Origin: Candidatus Hydrogenedentota bacterium
GTDB taxonomy: Bacteria; Hydrogenedentota; Hydrogenedentia; Hydrogenedentales; SLHB01
DNA: 64,000 nucleotides
Direction: 5' to 3'
Assembly (NCBI GenBank): GCA_963668025.2
Contig: CAXXTH010000009.1
Coordinates: 96,001 to 160,000, forward strand
Positions 20,179-30,429 of the stretch are shown in pieces. Numbering within the stretch: the first letter of the stretch is position 1; each line of letters opens with the position of its first letter. The translations under genes and the position numbers were made by a program. Under the pieces are notes generated by a model. The model ran no database searches and had not been told where the DNA came from. It worked only from the letters and a program-made list of their open reading frames with translations.

Positions 20179-21429
20179 ATGGACGCCATTGAAATCAGAC
20201 CACGCTCGAATCTAGACGCCATAGCAACCGTGCCCGGCTCGAAGAGTTGTACGGCGCGTGCTCTCGTTATGGCCGCGCTCACCCATGGCCCGAGTGTTCT
20301 CCTCGAACCAGCCGATTGCGATGACTCGGACCGCATGCTGGATGGGCTTAATGCCCTCGGCGTCCGCTCGGTGAAAATGCCGGGGCGCATCGAAGTGGCG
20401 GGCGGGCCGATGCACGCTCCTCAAACACCCCTGATGCTCGGCAATAGCGGCACCGCCGTGCGGTTTCTCGCCGCCGCGTGCGCCACGCTCGATGGGGCGG
20501 CGGTGCTCGATGGCACGGCCCGCATGCGGGAGCGCCCTATCTCGGACCTTGTCGAGGCCTTGCGCGCCTGGGGCGTCGAGGCTGACGCGCCCACGGGATG
20601 CCCCCCGCTCACCGTGCGCTCATCCGGCTCTTTCGGCGGAGCCATCACCGTACGCGGCGATGCCAGCAGCCAATACCTGACCGGCCTCTTACTTGCCGCA
20701 CCCCGCGCCACGCGCGATGTGGACATCGCCATTGACGGAGTGCTGGTGTCGAAGCCCTATGTGGACCTCACGCTCTCCATGATGGCCGAACGAGGCGTCT
20801 CGGCGTCCCATCGCGAGTATAAAGCGTTTCACGTGCCAGCAGGCCAATCGTACTGGCCCGGAACCTACGCCATTGAAGCCGACGCCTCCGGGGCGTCCTA
20901 CTTCTTCGCAGCCGCCGCCGTGGTGGGCGGGCGCGTCCGAGTGAACCACCTCTCGATGCGCTCGGTCCAAGGCGACGCCCAATTTCCCCGCGTCCTCGAA
21001 CAAATGGGATGCATGGTCCGGGAAGGGGAAGACTGGATCGAAGTATCCTCGAACGGCACGCTGCGCGGCATCGACATCGACCTCAACGCCATGCCTGACA
21101 TGGCCCAGACCCTTGCCGTCACGGCCCTATTCGCCGATGGCCCCACCACCATCCGCAACGTGGCCAACCTGCGCATCAAGGAGACCGACATCGAAGCTAC
21201 AGCCACGGAACTGCGCAAACTCGGCGCGGAAGTGGACGCCTTCGAGGACGGCCTTCGCATTCATCCCGGCCCCCACCGCGCCGCCGCCATCGACACTTAC
21301 GACGACCATCGCATGGCTATGAGCTTCGCCCTCGCCGGCCTGCGCATCCCCGGTGTCGTCATCAATGATCCTGGCTGCGTCTCTAAAACCTTCCCGGATT
21401 TCTTCGAGCGGTTTAGCGCGCTTGTATGA
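20179..21429 (+). CDS. aroA: 3-phosphoshikimate 1-carboxyvinyltransferase (EPSP synthase); conserved Arg of KETDR missing
   Basis: PGSKS, GNSGTAVRF, SSQY, DDHRMAM, CVSKTFP; ATG at 20179 follows a TATAAT. Confidence 0.93.
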   Translation: MDAIEIRPRSNLDAIATVPGSKSCTARALVMAALTHGPSVLLEPADCDDSDRMLDGLNALGVRSVKMPGRIEVAGGPMHAPQTPLMLGNSGTAVRFLAAACATLDGAAVLDGTARMRERPISDLVEALRAWGVEADAPTGCPPLTVRSSGSFGGAITVRGDASSQYLTGLLLAAPRATRDVDIAIDGVLVSKPYVDLTLSMMAERGVSASHREYKAFHVPAGQSYWPGTYAIEADASGASYFFAAAAVVGGRVRVNHLSMRSVQGDAQFPRVLEQMGCMVREGEDWIEVSSNGTLRGIDIDLNAMPDMAQTLAVTALFADGPTTIRNVANLRIKETDIEATATELRKLGAEVDAFEDGLRIHPGPHRAAAIDTYDDHRMAMSFALAGLRIPGVVINDPGCVSKTFPDFFERFSALV

Positions 21430-21552
21430 AGATTTTGTACTTGGCAACTTGAATGAGTCAAAATAGAAAGGCATAGATGATTCACTGCTTTTGAGTGGCT
21501 GTCATGCAACCATTGCACATCGAAGGGACATCATCGCTCCTTCTCCTTACCG

Positions 21553-22885
21553 TCATAGAATAACGATGCTTAATAGCCAAACGGTTATTGCCGCGGCAAG
21601 CCCGGTGACCAACGTGCCTAGCGTTTGCAGGCGGTAGCCTTGATTTACCGTCATGCCGGAGAATTGGGTAACGACCCAGAAGAAGCTGTCGTTGGCGTGC
21701 GATACCATCATGGAACCCGCGCCAATAGCCACCACCACGAGCGCCTTACTCATCTCACTTGTTAATCCAAGCGTAGGCAATAGCGGCAAGATGAGTCCCG
21801 CCGTTGTGATGAGTGAAACGGTGGATGAACCCTGTGCGGTTTTTATTCCGGCCGCGATAAGGATGGGAAGCAAGATGCCGATGCTTTCATGGCCTTTGAG
21901 TCCGGCCCCGATAACACCCGCAATGCCGGAATTTTGCAGGATTTTTCCGAAGGAGCCGCCCGCTCCCGTGATGACGATGATGATGGCCGCGCTTACTATC
22001 GCCTCGCCGACCCATCCCGTGGTGGACAACATGTCGCGATTGAACTTCTTTGGAAGCAGAAATGCGATAAACGTTCCAATGAGCAACGCCACGGCCGGCT
22101 GTCCAAAGAATCCCAGCAATGTGGCGGCGTGTCCTTCGCCCAGGGGTTTGCCTGGAAGCTCCGTGATGGAACGAATCACGATCAGCACGATGGGCAATAA
22201 AATGGGAATGAGCGATTTGAGCGCCGATGGCGTGTCTTTTGCACTTGCGATATCGGGCGTTTCGTCCGAAGCGGCGAGCGTGGTTTTTCCCGCCACCATG
22301 ACAGCAAAAAGCAAACCGGCTAAAGTCGATATAAGCCCCACTACCAAACCCCATAAAATGACAAGTCCCAAATCAGCGCCCAAAATGCCGGCGCATCCCA
22401 CGGGTCCTGGCGTTGGCGGCACCATCGTGTGCGTCGAATAGAGGCCCAACCCGAGCGCAATGGCGCAGGCCGCAAGCGGCACTTTGGCCTTGCGCGCCAG
22501 CGCCTTATTGAGCGGAGAAAGCAGAACAAAGCCTGAATCGCAAAAGACCGGTATGGACACGATATACCCGATAAACGCCATGGCCAAGGGTACATTGCGC
22601 TGTCCCGTGATGCGCAGCATCCCTTCCGCTAACCGATACACCCCGCCCGACTTTTCCAGAAACGTGCCAATGATGCATCCCGCGAGAATGACGATGCCAA
22701 TATTTCCGATTGTATCGCCAAAACCCGTGTTTACCGCCTTTACCACATCATTCAGCGGCATGCCCGCGGCGATGCCAAAACCAAAAGCCGCCAGCAAAAG
22801 CGCCAGGAATGGATGAAGCTTCAATTTTATCGTGGCAAACACAATGAAGAAAAACGGACAAGACCAATAAGGTAATTAGCAGCAT
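21553..22885 (-). pseudogene. gntP: GntP-family H+/sugar-acid permease with an apparent frameshift near the start
   Basis: KLHPFLAL, PVFCDSGF, PPTPGP, AQGSSTV, SHANDS; the SD+ATG at 22885 is out of frame by one base in the A5 run at 22850-22854. Confidence 0.75.
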
Positions 22886-22919
22886 AAAGTCCCCTTCCTT
22901 GTAGTTTCGAGCGTCTGGC

Positions 22920-24093
22920 TTAAGGCTTGTTCTTTCCGAATGCATCGAGCGCAGTCTGCATGAAGACGCCTTGTGCTTTTTCGCCTTCGCCGGGGAAGCT
23001 GGCGTGTTGGATGAGCCATACGAGGATCAGGCCGTGTTGGGTGTTCGCGATGGTGTTGGTCGAGTAGGCGCCGCCGTGGCCGTAGAAGCCGTCCCCCACC
23101 GCGAGGCCGAAGCCGTAGCTGTCAGGCAACTCTTGCGGCGTCTGGCGGCTGGTCATCATCTTCACGGATGCTTCGGAGAGATACCGCTTCCCATCCAATT
23201 GGCCGCCGTTGAGGAGCATTTGGTAGAAGCGCGTGATGTCGTGGGCAGTCGAGAACAGCCCCGCCCGCTGGCATGGGGAATCGTTGCGTCCGGTCAGTGA
23301 GCGGATAATATAATTGGCTGATGGCCGTCTCTTCCAATCCCTGATTGTCCGCTCCCGCTTTGTAGGACTTGGCGATGCGCGCCGCCTGCCGTTTGCTGGG
23401 CCAGAACGTGGTGTCCTTCATGCCGAGGGGCTGGAACAACCGCTCTTCCAGGAATTGCTCGAAGGGCATCCCCGCCACGACTTCAATGATACGCCCCGCC
23501 GTGTTGAAGCCCGCGTTGCTGTACTGGTATTTGGAGTCCGGCTCGAAATCCAGCGGCGACACGGCGTAACTGCGGACGCGCGCGCTGAGGGGGAACAGGT
23601 CAAGCGTAGGCTCCTCCAATTTCGTGCAGAACGGCAACCCGCTGGTGTGGGATAGGATGTTTTTGATTGTGATCGGATGCCGGGGTTTGCGCAACAGCAC
23701 GTGTTCTTCATCCTTCTCCACCACCACCATCTGGCCGTGAAACTCGGGCAGATATTTTTCGACGGGATCGTCCACATTCACCTTGCCTTCATCCACCAGT
23801 ATCATCAGCGCGGCAGCAGTGATCGGCTTCGACTGCGAGGCAATCCAAAACATTGAGTCCGCCTTCATACGTTTCTTCGCCGCGATATCCGCCCAGCCGG
23901 CGGTGTCCGTCATGAGGACATGGTCCTTGTCGGCCACCAACATGACCGCGCCCGCCAGTTCATGCCGTTCCACAAACGGCTGCATGTCCACGATCTTCTC
24001 CGCCACCTGCGCTTGGGCGAACATGGGAAACAAAACCAACACCACCCCGAAGAGCATCAGGCCAGCAACGACATGAACAGGACTGCAAATCAT
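22920..24093 (-). pseudogene. Serine hydrolase (beta-lactamase class C-like), frameshifted
   Basis: SQSK (SxxK), LSHTSGL, YSN; GGLFST...HGG continues in another frame after one extra base in the C4 run at 23259-23262. Confidence 0.85.
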
Positions 24094-24230
24094 GGTTTTC
24101 ATTCTCCTCTGCGTTGGAAAGGGCAATGTGTTACGAGCTGTCATCCTATTCCCCGATGGGCTGTGCAATCAATATCGGCGCGGTATTTTTCTGAGGAGAA
24201 TTCCTGGGTGTGTTTGAGTGGTTACATAGA

Positions 24231-24261
24231 AATAGGCCCCTGGTTTTACCGGGGGCCTATT
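24231..24261 (-). terminator. Rho-independent terminator downstream of the LRR gene
   Basis: AATAGGCCCC..GGGGCCTATT hairpin followed by TTTCT on the minus strand. Confidence 0.6.
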
Positions 24262-24299
24262 AACTATTATGGAATTACTACAATTTTAATAACGTGATT

Positions 24300-25307
24300 C
24301 TACTGTAGAACCGTAACTCCGCGTCCCGTCAGGATGGGGATCTGCGTGCCGATGGCCGCTACGCTGAGCGGATTGTCCCCCAGGTCTACGGAGTCGCCGG
24401 TGGCTAAGCCCGCGTTGTCCACAAGAGCCTGGATGTCGGTGACCTGGTTCTGGTCAAGCTCCAGCTTGGTCAGATTGATCATCCCCGTCAGTGGCGTGAG
24501 GTTGACGATGTCATTGTCATCAAGGTCCAACTCGATCAGCGCGGTGAGGCCGGTTAACGGGGTTATATCAACGATCGCATTGTCGTCCAATCCCAGATGG
24601 GTAAGCCCGGTTAAGGCCGTAATAAATGTGATATTGGTGACAAGCGGGGTGTTGTGGTCGACCGTGAGGGCAGTGAGATTGGCCAACCCCGCCAATGGTG
24701 ACAGGTCGGCGACGTTGTTGTTGTTGATAAATAAGTAGATCAGCCCCGGAAGATTAGCCAAGACAGAGACGTCTTCCACGTCGTTTTCGTCGAGATCGAG
24801 GTAGATGAGCGACGCCAGGCCGTTCACCGGCGAGATGTCTTGCACGAAATTGTGGTCGATAATGAGCGCCTGCAACGATGTCATGCCGCTAACCGGCGCG
24901 ATGTTTTCAAGGAGGTTGCTCTCCACGTCCAGGACTTGAAGCCAAGTCATCGGAGCGATGGCTGCCAGGGAAGTGAGATAACAGTTTCCCGCATGCAGGC
25001 GTGTCAGCGATGTCATTCCCGCTAGCGGCGAAAGATCCTCGATGGGGTTGTCGTTGATATTTAGGGTCGTCAGGCTTGTGCAGGCATCAATACCCTCCAG
25101 GCTTTGAATATTCATGCCAGACGCGTCGAGCGTCACGAGGGTGGCCGCTTGGGCTGCCGAGATATGGGCGCGTGCGGGCAAATCCAGCGCGGTCCGTACA
25201 GCAGCAGCCAGGTTGGCGTCGGTGAACAGTACAAAGTCACTGGGGCATCCCCCAAGAGCCCCCACCAGCATGCTCCCCAGAACACACAGCGCGATTCTTT
25301 TTTTCAT
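24300..25307 (-). CDS. Internalin-like leucine-rich-repeat lipoprotein
   Basis: Lipobox-like LGGC(P); about 11 22-aa repeats LxxLxLxxNxIxDxxPL. Confidence 0.9.
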   Translation of the reverse strand: MKKRIALCVLGSMLVGALGGCPSDFVLFTDANLAAAVRTALDLPARAHISAAQAATLVTLDASGMNIQSLEGIDACTSLTTLNINDNPIEDLSPLAGMTSLTRLHAGNCYLTSLAAIAPMTWLQVLDVESNLLENIAPVSGMTSLQALIIDHNFVQDISPVNGLASLIYLDLDENDVEDVSVLANLPGLIYLFINNNNVADLSPLAGLANLTALTVDHNTPLVTNITFITALTGLTHLGLDDNAIVDITPLTGLTALIELDLDDNDIVNLTPLTGMINLTKLELDQNQVTDIQALVDNAGLATGDSVDLGDNPLSVAAIGTQIPILTGRGVTVLQ

Positions 25308-25703
25308 GGCTCGTTCTCCTGTTTCGTTTCAATGCGCCCATGTCGCGCAACAGCCGAAAAGCCAGCATAGTTTTCGGTATAGCCGCGCTCATTATGGCAT
25401 TCCTCCGATGGATTGACTATGTACAGCTTACGGCCCTTACGCAAAACGCAGGCAAAGAATTGGTAAAATTTTGGTAAACACTGTCCCGGATTCCAAAATA
25501 TGCAGACTGATCAATAGGAGTATGGAACTCCTCGCCCTGTGTAGGAATGATGTCCTCGCCGGTCATTTATGGAGCATCAAAACGAGCCCCTATGCCGTTT
25601 TTTCCATGCGGGCCAGGCCGTGCTACAATCTCTTGCGTGGAGAGAGGCGCGCTGCAATGTGCCCCTAGATGAACCGTATCGGCCCAGGGAATGAGGAAAA
25701 CTC

Positions 25704-26495
25704 ATGGTGAAAACCATTTCGATTACGCTCCAGGTGTGGCGGCAGGATGGGCCGGAAGAGGCGGGGCGGTTCGAGACCATCCAGGCGGACGGCATCAGCA
25801 CGGATGCGTCGTTTCTCGAAATGCTCGATATTGTGAACCAGCGCCTCACGAAGAGCGGCGGCGTCCCGATCACGTTTGACCATGACTGCCGCGAGGGCAT
25901 TTGTGGCAGTTGCGGGGCCATGATTAATGGCTACGCCCACGGTCCTGAACGGGAAATGACGCTGTGCCAGCTCCATATGCGGTCGTTCCAGGATGGCGAC
26001 ACGCTAGTCGTCGAGCCGTGGCGTTCGCGGGCGTTTCCGGTTCTCAAGGATCTGGCCGTGGACCGGAGCGCGTTTGACCGCATCATCCAGGCGGGGGGCT
26101 ACATTTCCGTGCGCGCGGGGCAGGCTCCCGAGGCCCATTCCGCGCCCGTGCCCAAGCCTGAGGCCGACGCCGCTTTCGAGCCCGCCCAGTGCATTGGCTG
26201 TGGGGCGTGCGTGGCGGCGTGCCCGAATGGGGCGGCCATGTTGTTCGTGGCGGCGAAGATAAGCCATTTGGGCCATTTGCCCCAGGGCCAGCCCGAGCGG
26301 TGGACGCGCGTGCGCGCCATGGTGCGCCAGATGGACGAGGAAGGCTTCGGCAATTGCTCGAACCATTACGAATGCGAGGCGGCGTGCCCGAAGGGTATCT
26401 CCGTCGAGAACATCGCCCGGATGAACCGCGACCATTGGCGGAGCTTTCTCATAAACCGCACATCCAGCGCCACGGCCACCGGGGGGACGGGGTGA
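25704..26495 (+). CDS. sdhB: Succinate dehydrogenase/fumarate reductase iron-sulfur subunit
   Basis: [37 protein letters not shown]. Confidence 0.92.
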   Translation: MVKTISITLQVWRQDGPEEAGRFETIQADGISTDASFLEMLDIVNQRLTKSGGVPITFDHDCREGICGSCGAMINGYAHGPEREMTLCQLHMRSFQDGDTLVVEPWRSRAFPVLKDLAVDRSAFDRIIQAGGYISVRAGQAPEAHSAPVPKPEADAAFEPAQCIGCGACVAACPNGAAMLFVAAKISHLGHLPQGQPERWTRVRAMVRQMDEEGFGNCSNHYECEAACPKGISVENIARMNRDHWRSFLINRTSSATATGGTG

Positions 26496-26585
26496 TTGGG
26501 CGCTATACTTGCATATATAGAACGCTAGACATGAAAAATGGACAGCGCCGCATCCAACAAGGTAAACTATGAGCCGCTTCTTTGC

Positions 26586-26669
26586 GGAGGGTTAGGATAA
26601 TTGGCAATCCACCGGTCTTGAAAACCGGCGCCTACGGGCTTGTGGGTTCGAGTCCCACACCCTCCGCCA
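26586..26669 (+). tRNA. tRNA-Ser (anticodon TGA)
   Basis: Acceptor GGAGGGT/ACCCTCC-G-CCA; anticodon stem CCGGT-CTTGAAA-ACCGG; variable arm GCC-TACG-GGC; TTCGA T-loop. Confidence 0.95.
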
Positions 26670-26836
26670 TTCCGCCTATTTTTCTTTATTCGTTGGCTGC
26701 GCGGTTTTCTTGGCGAAGGCCCTTTCGCATGCTCCGAATGCCCAGGCAATCCGTTCTTCATTGTCGGTATGCCGTGCCTGGATGGATGGCTATCGTCAAA
26801 ATGTATATTGCTTATTGCGGAGGAACCGCATAAAAC

Positions 26837-26880
26837 GGAAAGCCGCCATAATCTCCCCTAAGAGCTTATGGCGGCTTTCC
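26837..26880 (-). terminator. Rho-independent terminator after the 50-aa ORF
   Basis: 15-bp perfect stem GGAAAGCCGCCATAA/TTATGGCGGCTTTCC followed by GTTTT on the minus strand. Confidence 0.75.
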
Positions 26881-26899
26881 AGCATGCCAGGATTAAGAA

Positions 26900-27052
26900 T
26901 TAATCACAAGTCAGGCCGATCAAAGAAGCCAAGTCGATCGAGATGGTGCCGAGATCGAATACGCCGAGAACGTTATTAACCACGGTCAGCATTACATCGA
27001 GCACATCTTGGATTGATCCGATAAACGAGCAAAGCAACGAACTGAAATCCAT
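26900..27052 (-). CDS. Uncalled 50-aa small protein MDFSSLLCSFIGSIQDVLDVMLTVVNNVLGVFDLGTISIDLASLIGLTCD
   Basis: Perfect SD TAAGGAGGT 7 nt before ATG; TAA stop; terminator 20 nt downstream. Confidence 0.75.
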   Translation of the reverse strand: MDFSSLLCSFIGSIQDVLDVMLTVVNNVLGVFDLGTISIDLASLIGLTCD

Positions 27053-27188
27053 GACATTTACCTCCTTACTGAATCCACACGTTTCTTCTTCCCACTCACA
27101 CAGACGCCATCACGTGGCAGAGGGATTATACAAAAAGAATCCATACTTGGCAAATATAAAATAGAGTGCGCCAGGATACGGGAGCCGC

Positions 27189-28901
27189 TTATGCCCCGAT
27201 GGTCATGAGCGCGTCGAGCATGGTATCGGCGACATTGATGACCCGTGCGGCGGCTTCATAGGCCCGCTGGTATTGAATGAGATAGGTGGTTTCTTCATCG
27301 AGTGAAACGCCGGAGTTTTCCTGCCTCTGCTCCTCATAATAGAGATTAAACTCTTCTTCGGTATCGAGCACTACCTGGTTGGATTGTGTGTCCACGCCGA
27401 GAAGGGCGATGGTGGATTCATAATAGCCGCTCAGTGTAGAAGAGCTATTTTCTAGAACGTTCAGATCTTGTATGGCTGCAAGCTCCAGGGCTGCGCTATT
27501 GTCGCCAGTGGCCAGTGTATCGAGGTCATAGGAGGAGCCTAGCAGTTGGGAGTTTTCCACGATGTCCGTATTCACTGCGATGGTATTCATGTCGTAGCCG
27601 GTAAACAAGCCATTGATGCCAAGCGCCACTAGGGCATTCGATGTGTCATTCGCAAAAGTGAATGAATACGTGGAATTTGTGACTCCTAGGGATAGGGTAT
27701 TGTCCCCATTTACCGTAGCTGTGAATTCGCCGGGTGCAATGGCGTTGAGTTCCGCTGCTAGATCATTCAGTGTATCGCCCGCGTCGACCGTGATGGTGAA
27801 CGGCGAGCCGGATATTTGGGTATCGCCATCGTAAATGGCCACCTGGAAGCTTCCTGCTTCCACATCAAAAGGCAAGCCGGCGGATTCCAGCGCGGAGGCT
27901 GCATCTGAAACCGCGTTGGTGCTTGATATGATGCCCGACAGGTTCTCAAGTCCATTGCTTTGGCTATTAATACTGTTGACTTGCTGGATAAGCTCCGACG
28001 CGATCTCATTCATACGGCCCATATAACTGGGGATCACTTCATCGCGAATTTCCAGTAAGCCCGCCAGCTCGCCATCTTCCACGGTGACATCTTTTCGATT
28101 GTCCGCGAAACGAACCGTTAGCAGATCCGAGCGTGTGGAATCGAGGGTGCTGTCCGTTTCCGCCACTAGTTCGTTTGCACCTGACAGATCCACGAGGCTA
28201 TCGGAGCCGATTCGCACCGTAACTTGCCCGTTCTCGAGTGTCGTATAATTGATATCGACCAGGCCCGCCAATTCATCTAGAGCGAGATCGCGTTGATCGC
28301 GCAAAGCATTGGCGGTGGTTCCGTTCAGTTCAGAATCCCGGATTTGGATGTTCAGATCGGCAAGTTGCTGTGACAAAGAGTTGATCTGGGTGACCATGCT
28401 TTTGATTTCTTCATTGGCGGAGGTGCGTAATTCATTAAGCTGGTCATATATGCTATTGAATGATTCGGCCAGTGCTTCGGCTTGCGCCACGGTGGCCTCC
28501 CGAACGGCTAAGTCTTCCACGTTATTGGAAAAGTCGCTCATGGAGTCAAAGAAATTGTTGATCTGCGTCCCGAAGCCTTCGTCCGTGGGTTCGAGAAAGG
28601 CGTTTTCGAGTTGATCATAATAGGTCGCCAGCGTATCGGCTTTGTTAAGGCCCGCTACTTGCTGGCGGTATACCTTGTCCAGGAATTCATCTCGAACGCG
28701 GCGGACTTCGCTAACCGTAACGCCGGTGCCCAATTGGCCAAAGGGGTATTTTATGGAAGCAGATTCGGACAAAGAAACCGTTTGGCGGGAGTAGCCTTCC
28801 GTATTGACGTTGGAAATGTTGTTCCCTGACACGCTGAGTTGCACTTGGGCGGCTTGCAGCCCAAGCCGGGCAATATCAAGGGTGCTGAATAACGTTCCCA
28901 A
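27189..28901 (-). CDS. flgK: Flagellar hook-associated protein 1 FlgK
   Basis: NNISNVNTEGYSRQ, LRDQRD, SGVSLDEE...YQRAYEAAARVI; likely TTG start at 28901 after TAAGGAG. Confidence 0.92.
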   Translation of the reverse strand: MGTLFSTLDIARLGLQAAQVQLSVSGNNISNVNTEGYSRQTVSLSESASIKYPFGQLGTGVTVSEVRRVRDEFLDKVYRQQVAGLNKADTLATYYDQLENAFLEPTDEGFGTQINNFFDSMSDFSNNVEDLAVREATVAQAEALAESFNSIYDQLNELRTSANEEIKSMVTQINSLSQQLADLNIQIRDSELNGTTANALRDQRDLALDELAGLVDINYTTLENGQVTVRIGSDSLVDLSGANELVAETDSTLDSTRSDLLTVRFADNRKDVTVEDGELAGLLEIRDEVIPSYMGRMNEIASELIQQVNSINSQSNGLENLSGIISSTNAVSDAASALESAGLPFDVEAGSFQVAIYDGDTQISGSPFTITVDAGDTLNDLAAELNAIAPGEFTATVNGDNTLSLGVTNSTYSFTFANDTSNALVALGINGLFTGYDMNTIAVNTDIVENSQLLGSSYDLDTLATGDNSAALELAAIQDLNVLENSSSTLSGYYESTIALLGVDTQSNQVVLDTEEEFNLYYEEQRQENSGVSLDEETTYLIQYQRAYEAAARVINVADTMLDALMTIGA

Positions 28902-28950
28902 CAGTGGTCTCCTTACATATCCCATAGCATCTATGCAATCTATATTCCAA

Positions 28951-28978
28951 CTATCGGCCAAATGCCTGGAGACCTTGA
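28951..28978 (-). promoter_or_regulatory. Putative sigma28 (FliA) promoter for flgK
   Basis: TCAAG-N15-GCCGATAG on the minus strand, about 50 nt upstream of the flgK start. Confidence 0.55.
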
Positions 28979-29091
28979 GGAAGGCACTAGAGTTGGACTT
29001 TCTCTGGGAGTGCAGGAGGTATGGCAACGAGGAAAGCGAGCATGGTAGGCAAAGATTGCCGGGTATCCGGCAGGAAACGCCATGGGGGCGG

Positions 29092-30387
29092 TCAGCCGTT
29101 GTGTGTGAGCCGCCTTGCCCGCGCATGGCGTAACAGGCCAAATTCGGCAATTAACGCTACCACCACGAGTAGGGGCGCAAGGCGAAACGCATCAGAAAAT
29201 CCCATGCGCTGCGCCAGGCAGCCGAAGAGCAGGCTTCCGATGAACACGCCCATGCCGACTGCGGCTTCGTTCATGGCGGCATTGCGGTGTTTATGAACAG
29301 CGTCAGACAAGCTGTAGTATGCCGCCGCGAAGAAGGAGACGCCGTGGTTGAATCCGAGTACGGCAAAACAAAACGCCATGACTATCAGGCTATGGGTGGT
29401 GCTGAGCAGCACAAACGACAAGCCTGCCGCAGCCTGCAAACCCATGAGTAAAGAAGCTTTATGACGCCATCCAGACGTCCGGCTCATCACCAGGAAACAC
29501 AGGCATACGACGAACGACAGCAGAAAGGCGAGCCAGGAATATTTTGTCGCGGGAGCTGCGGATAGCAGTTCTGAAGGGGCGGATTCGAACCAGAAACGCA
29601 GTTCTCCGCTGCGCACCAGGCTGTCGATGCGTGCGGGAAAGACAAACCGGGTCGCCGCCGTCAAGAGATTTGCCATGAGGGACGCACTCCAGCCGAGATA
29701 CAGAAAAGACTCGCTGGCGCGGTCATGGTCGCGGCGGGCCTCGAGCGTCTCGTTGGTGGCTTCACCGAAACAGCGCCGCTCGTGGGGCATGGACAACACC
29801 AGGAACAATGCAATGGTGATAGCTCCAAAAAGCAGGAAGAACGGCATGCGGAAATCGAAGTCATATAATGGTCCGGCAAACAGGGGCCCTATAGCGAAAC
29901 CTAGGCTCCATGATAGATTGAATAAACCCATATTATGGCTTCGGCGGTTTGGATCGGGCTCCGCCCCCACCCAAGAGTGGAGCGCTGGCCACACCAGGGC
30001 CATCGCACCCATGGAGCCCGTGGCGAGAATGCTGCAAATGACGGGATGGTGAAAAAACGGCAGGAGGCAAAAGAAGAGCGGATAGGCGATGAGCCCCGCC
30101 ACCGCCCATACAAGGCCGTTTTGGGTCCGCATGACATACCGCGCGGAAACCAAGCAGACCACCACGTAAGCTGCCGCCTGGACCGCGCCCATGACGCCAG
30201 ACATGGCTACGCCGCCGCCGATTTGGTTATACACAAAAAACGGCAGCACCACGGTTCCCACCATGCAGGCGAAATCCACCAGGAAAGCCGTAAGGTACAT
30301 TCTGTTCAAAGGACGCCACATAGAAGCGAGAGTGTAGGCGAGACCGTGCCAATAATCAAGAATGCGAATCCATGAATGCGAATCCAT
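29092..30387 (-). CDS. MFS transporter
   Basis: About 12 hydrophobic segments, GLFNLSWSLGFAIGPLFAG motif; true start may be about 30320. Confidence 0.8.
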   Translation of the reverse strand: MDSHSWIRILDYWHGLAYTLASMWRPLNRMYLTAFLVDFACMVGTVVLPFFVYNQIGGGVAMSGVMGAVQAAAYVVVCLVSARYVMRTQNGLVWAVAGLIAYPLFFCLLPFFHHPVICSILATGSMGAMALVWPALHSWVGAEPDPNRRSHNMGLFNLSWSLGFAIGPLFAGPLYDFDFRMPFFLLFGAITIALFLVLSMPHERRCFGEATNETLEARRDHDRASESFLYLGWSASLMANLLTAATRFVFPARIDSLVRSGELRFWFESAPSELLSAAPATKYSWLAFLLSFVVCLCFLVMSRTSGWRHKASLLMGLQAAAGLSFVLLSTTHSLIVMAFCFAVLGFNHGVSFFAAAYYSLSDAVHKHRNAAMNEAAVGMGVFIGSLLFGCLAQRMGFSDAFRLAPLLVVVALIAEFGLLRHARARRLTHNG

Positions 30388-30429
30388 GGTTATAACACCT
30401 AGTGTCCCTTGTGGCCAGGTGGCTTGGTT

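Noticed and set aside
26586-26669. Possible tRNA-Sec or suppressor because 'TGA' appears in the loop
   Set aside because: Anticodon TGA reads UCA (Ser); Sec needs anticodon TCA and an extended acceptor stem.
28902-29150. Long N-terminal extension of FlgK in the ORF track (similar extensions on coaE, cysK, pilT, the M1-like gene and tnpA)
   Set aside because: Artefact of longest-ORF calling; homology and SD sites point to downstream starts.
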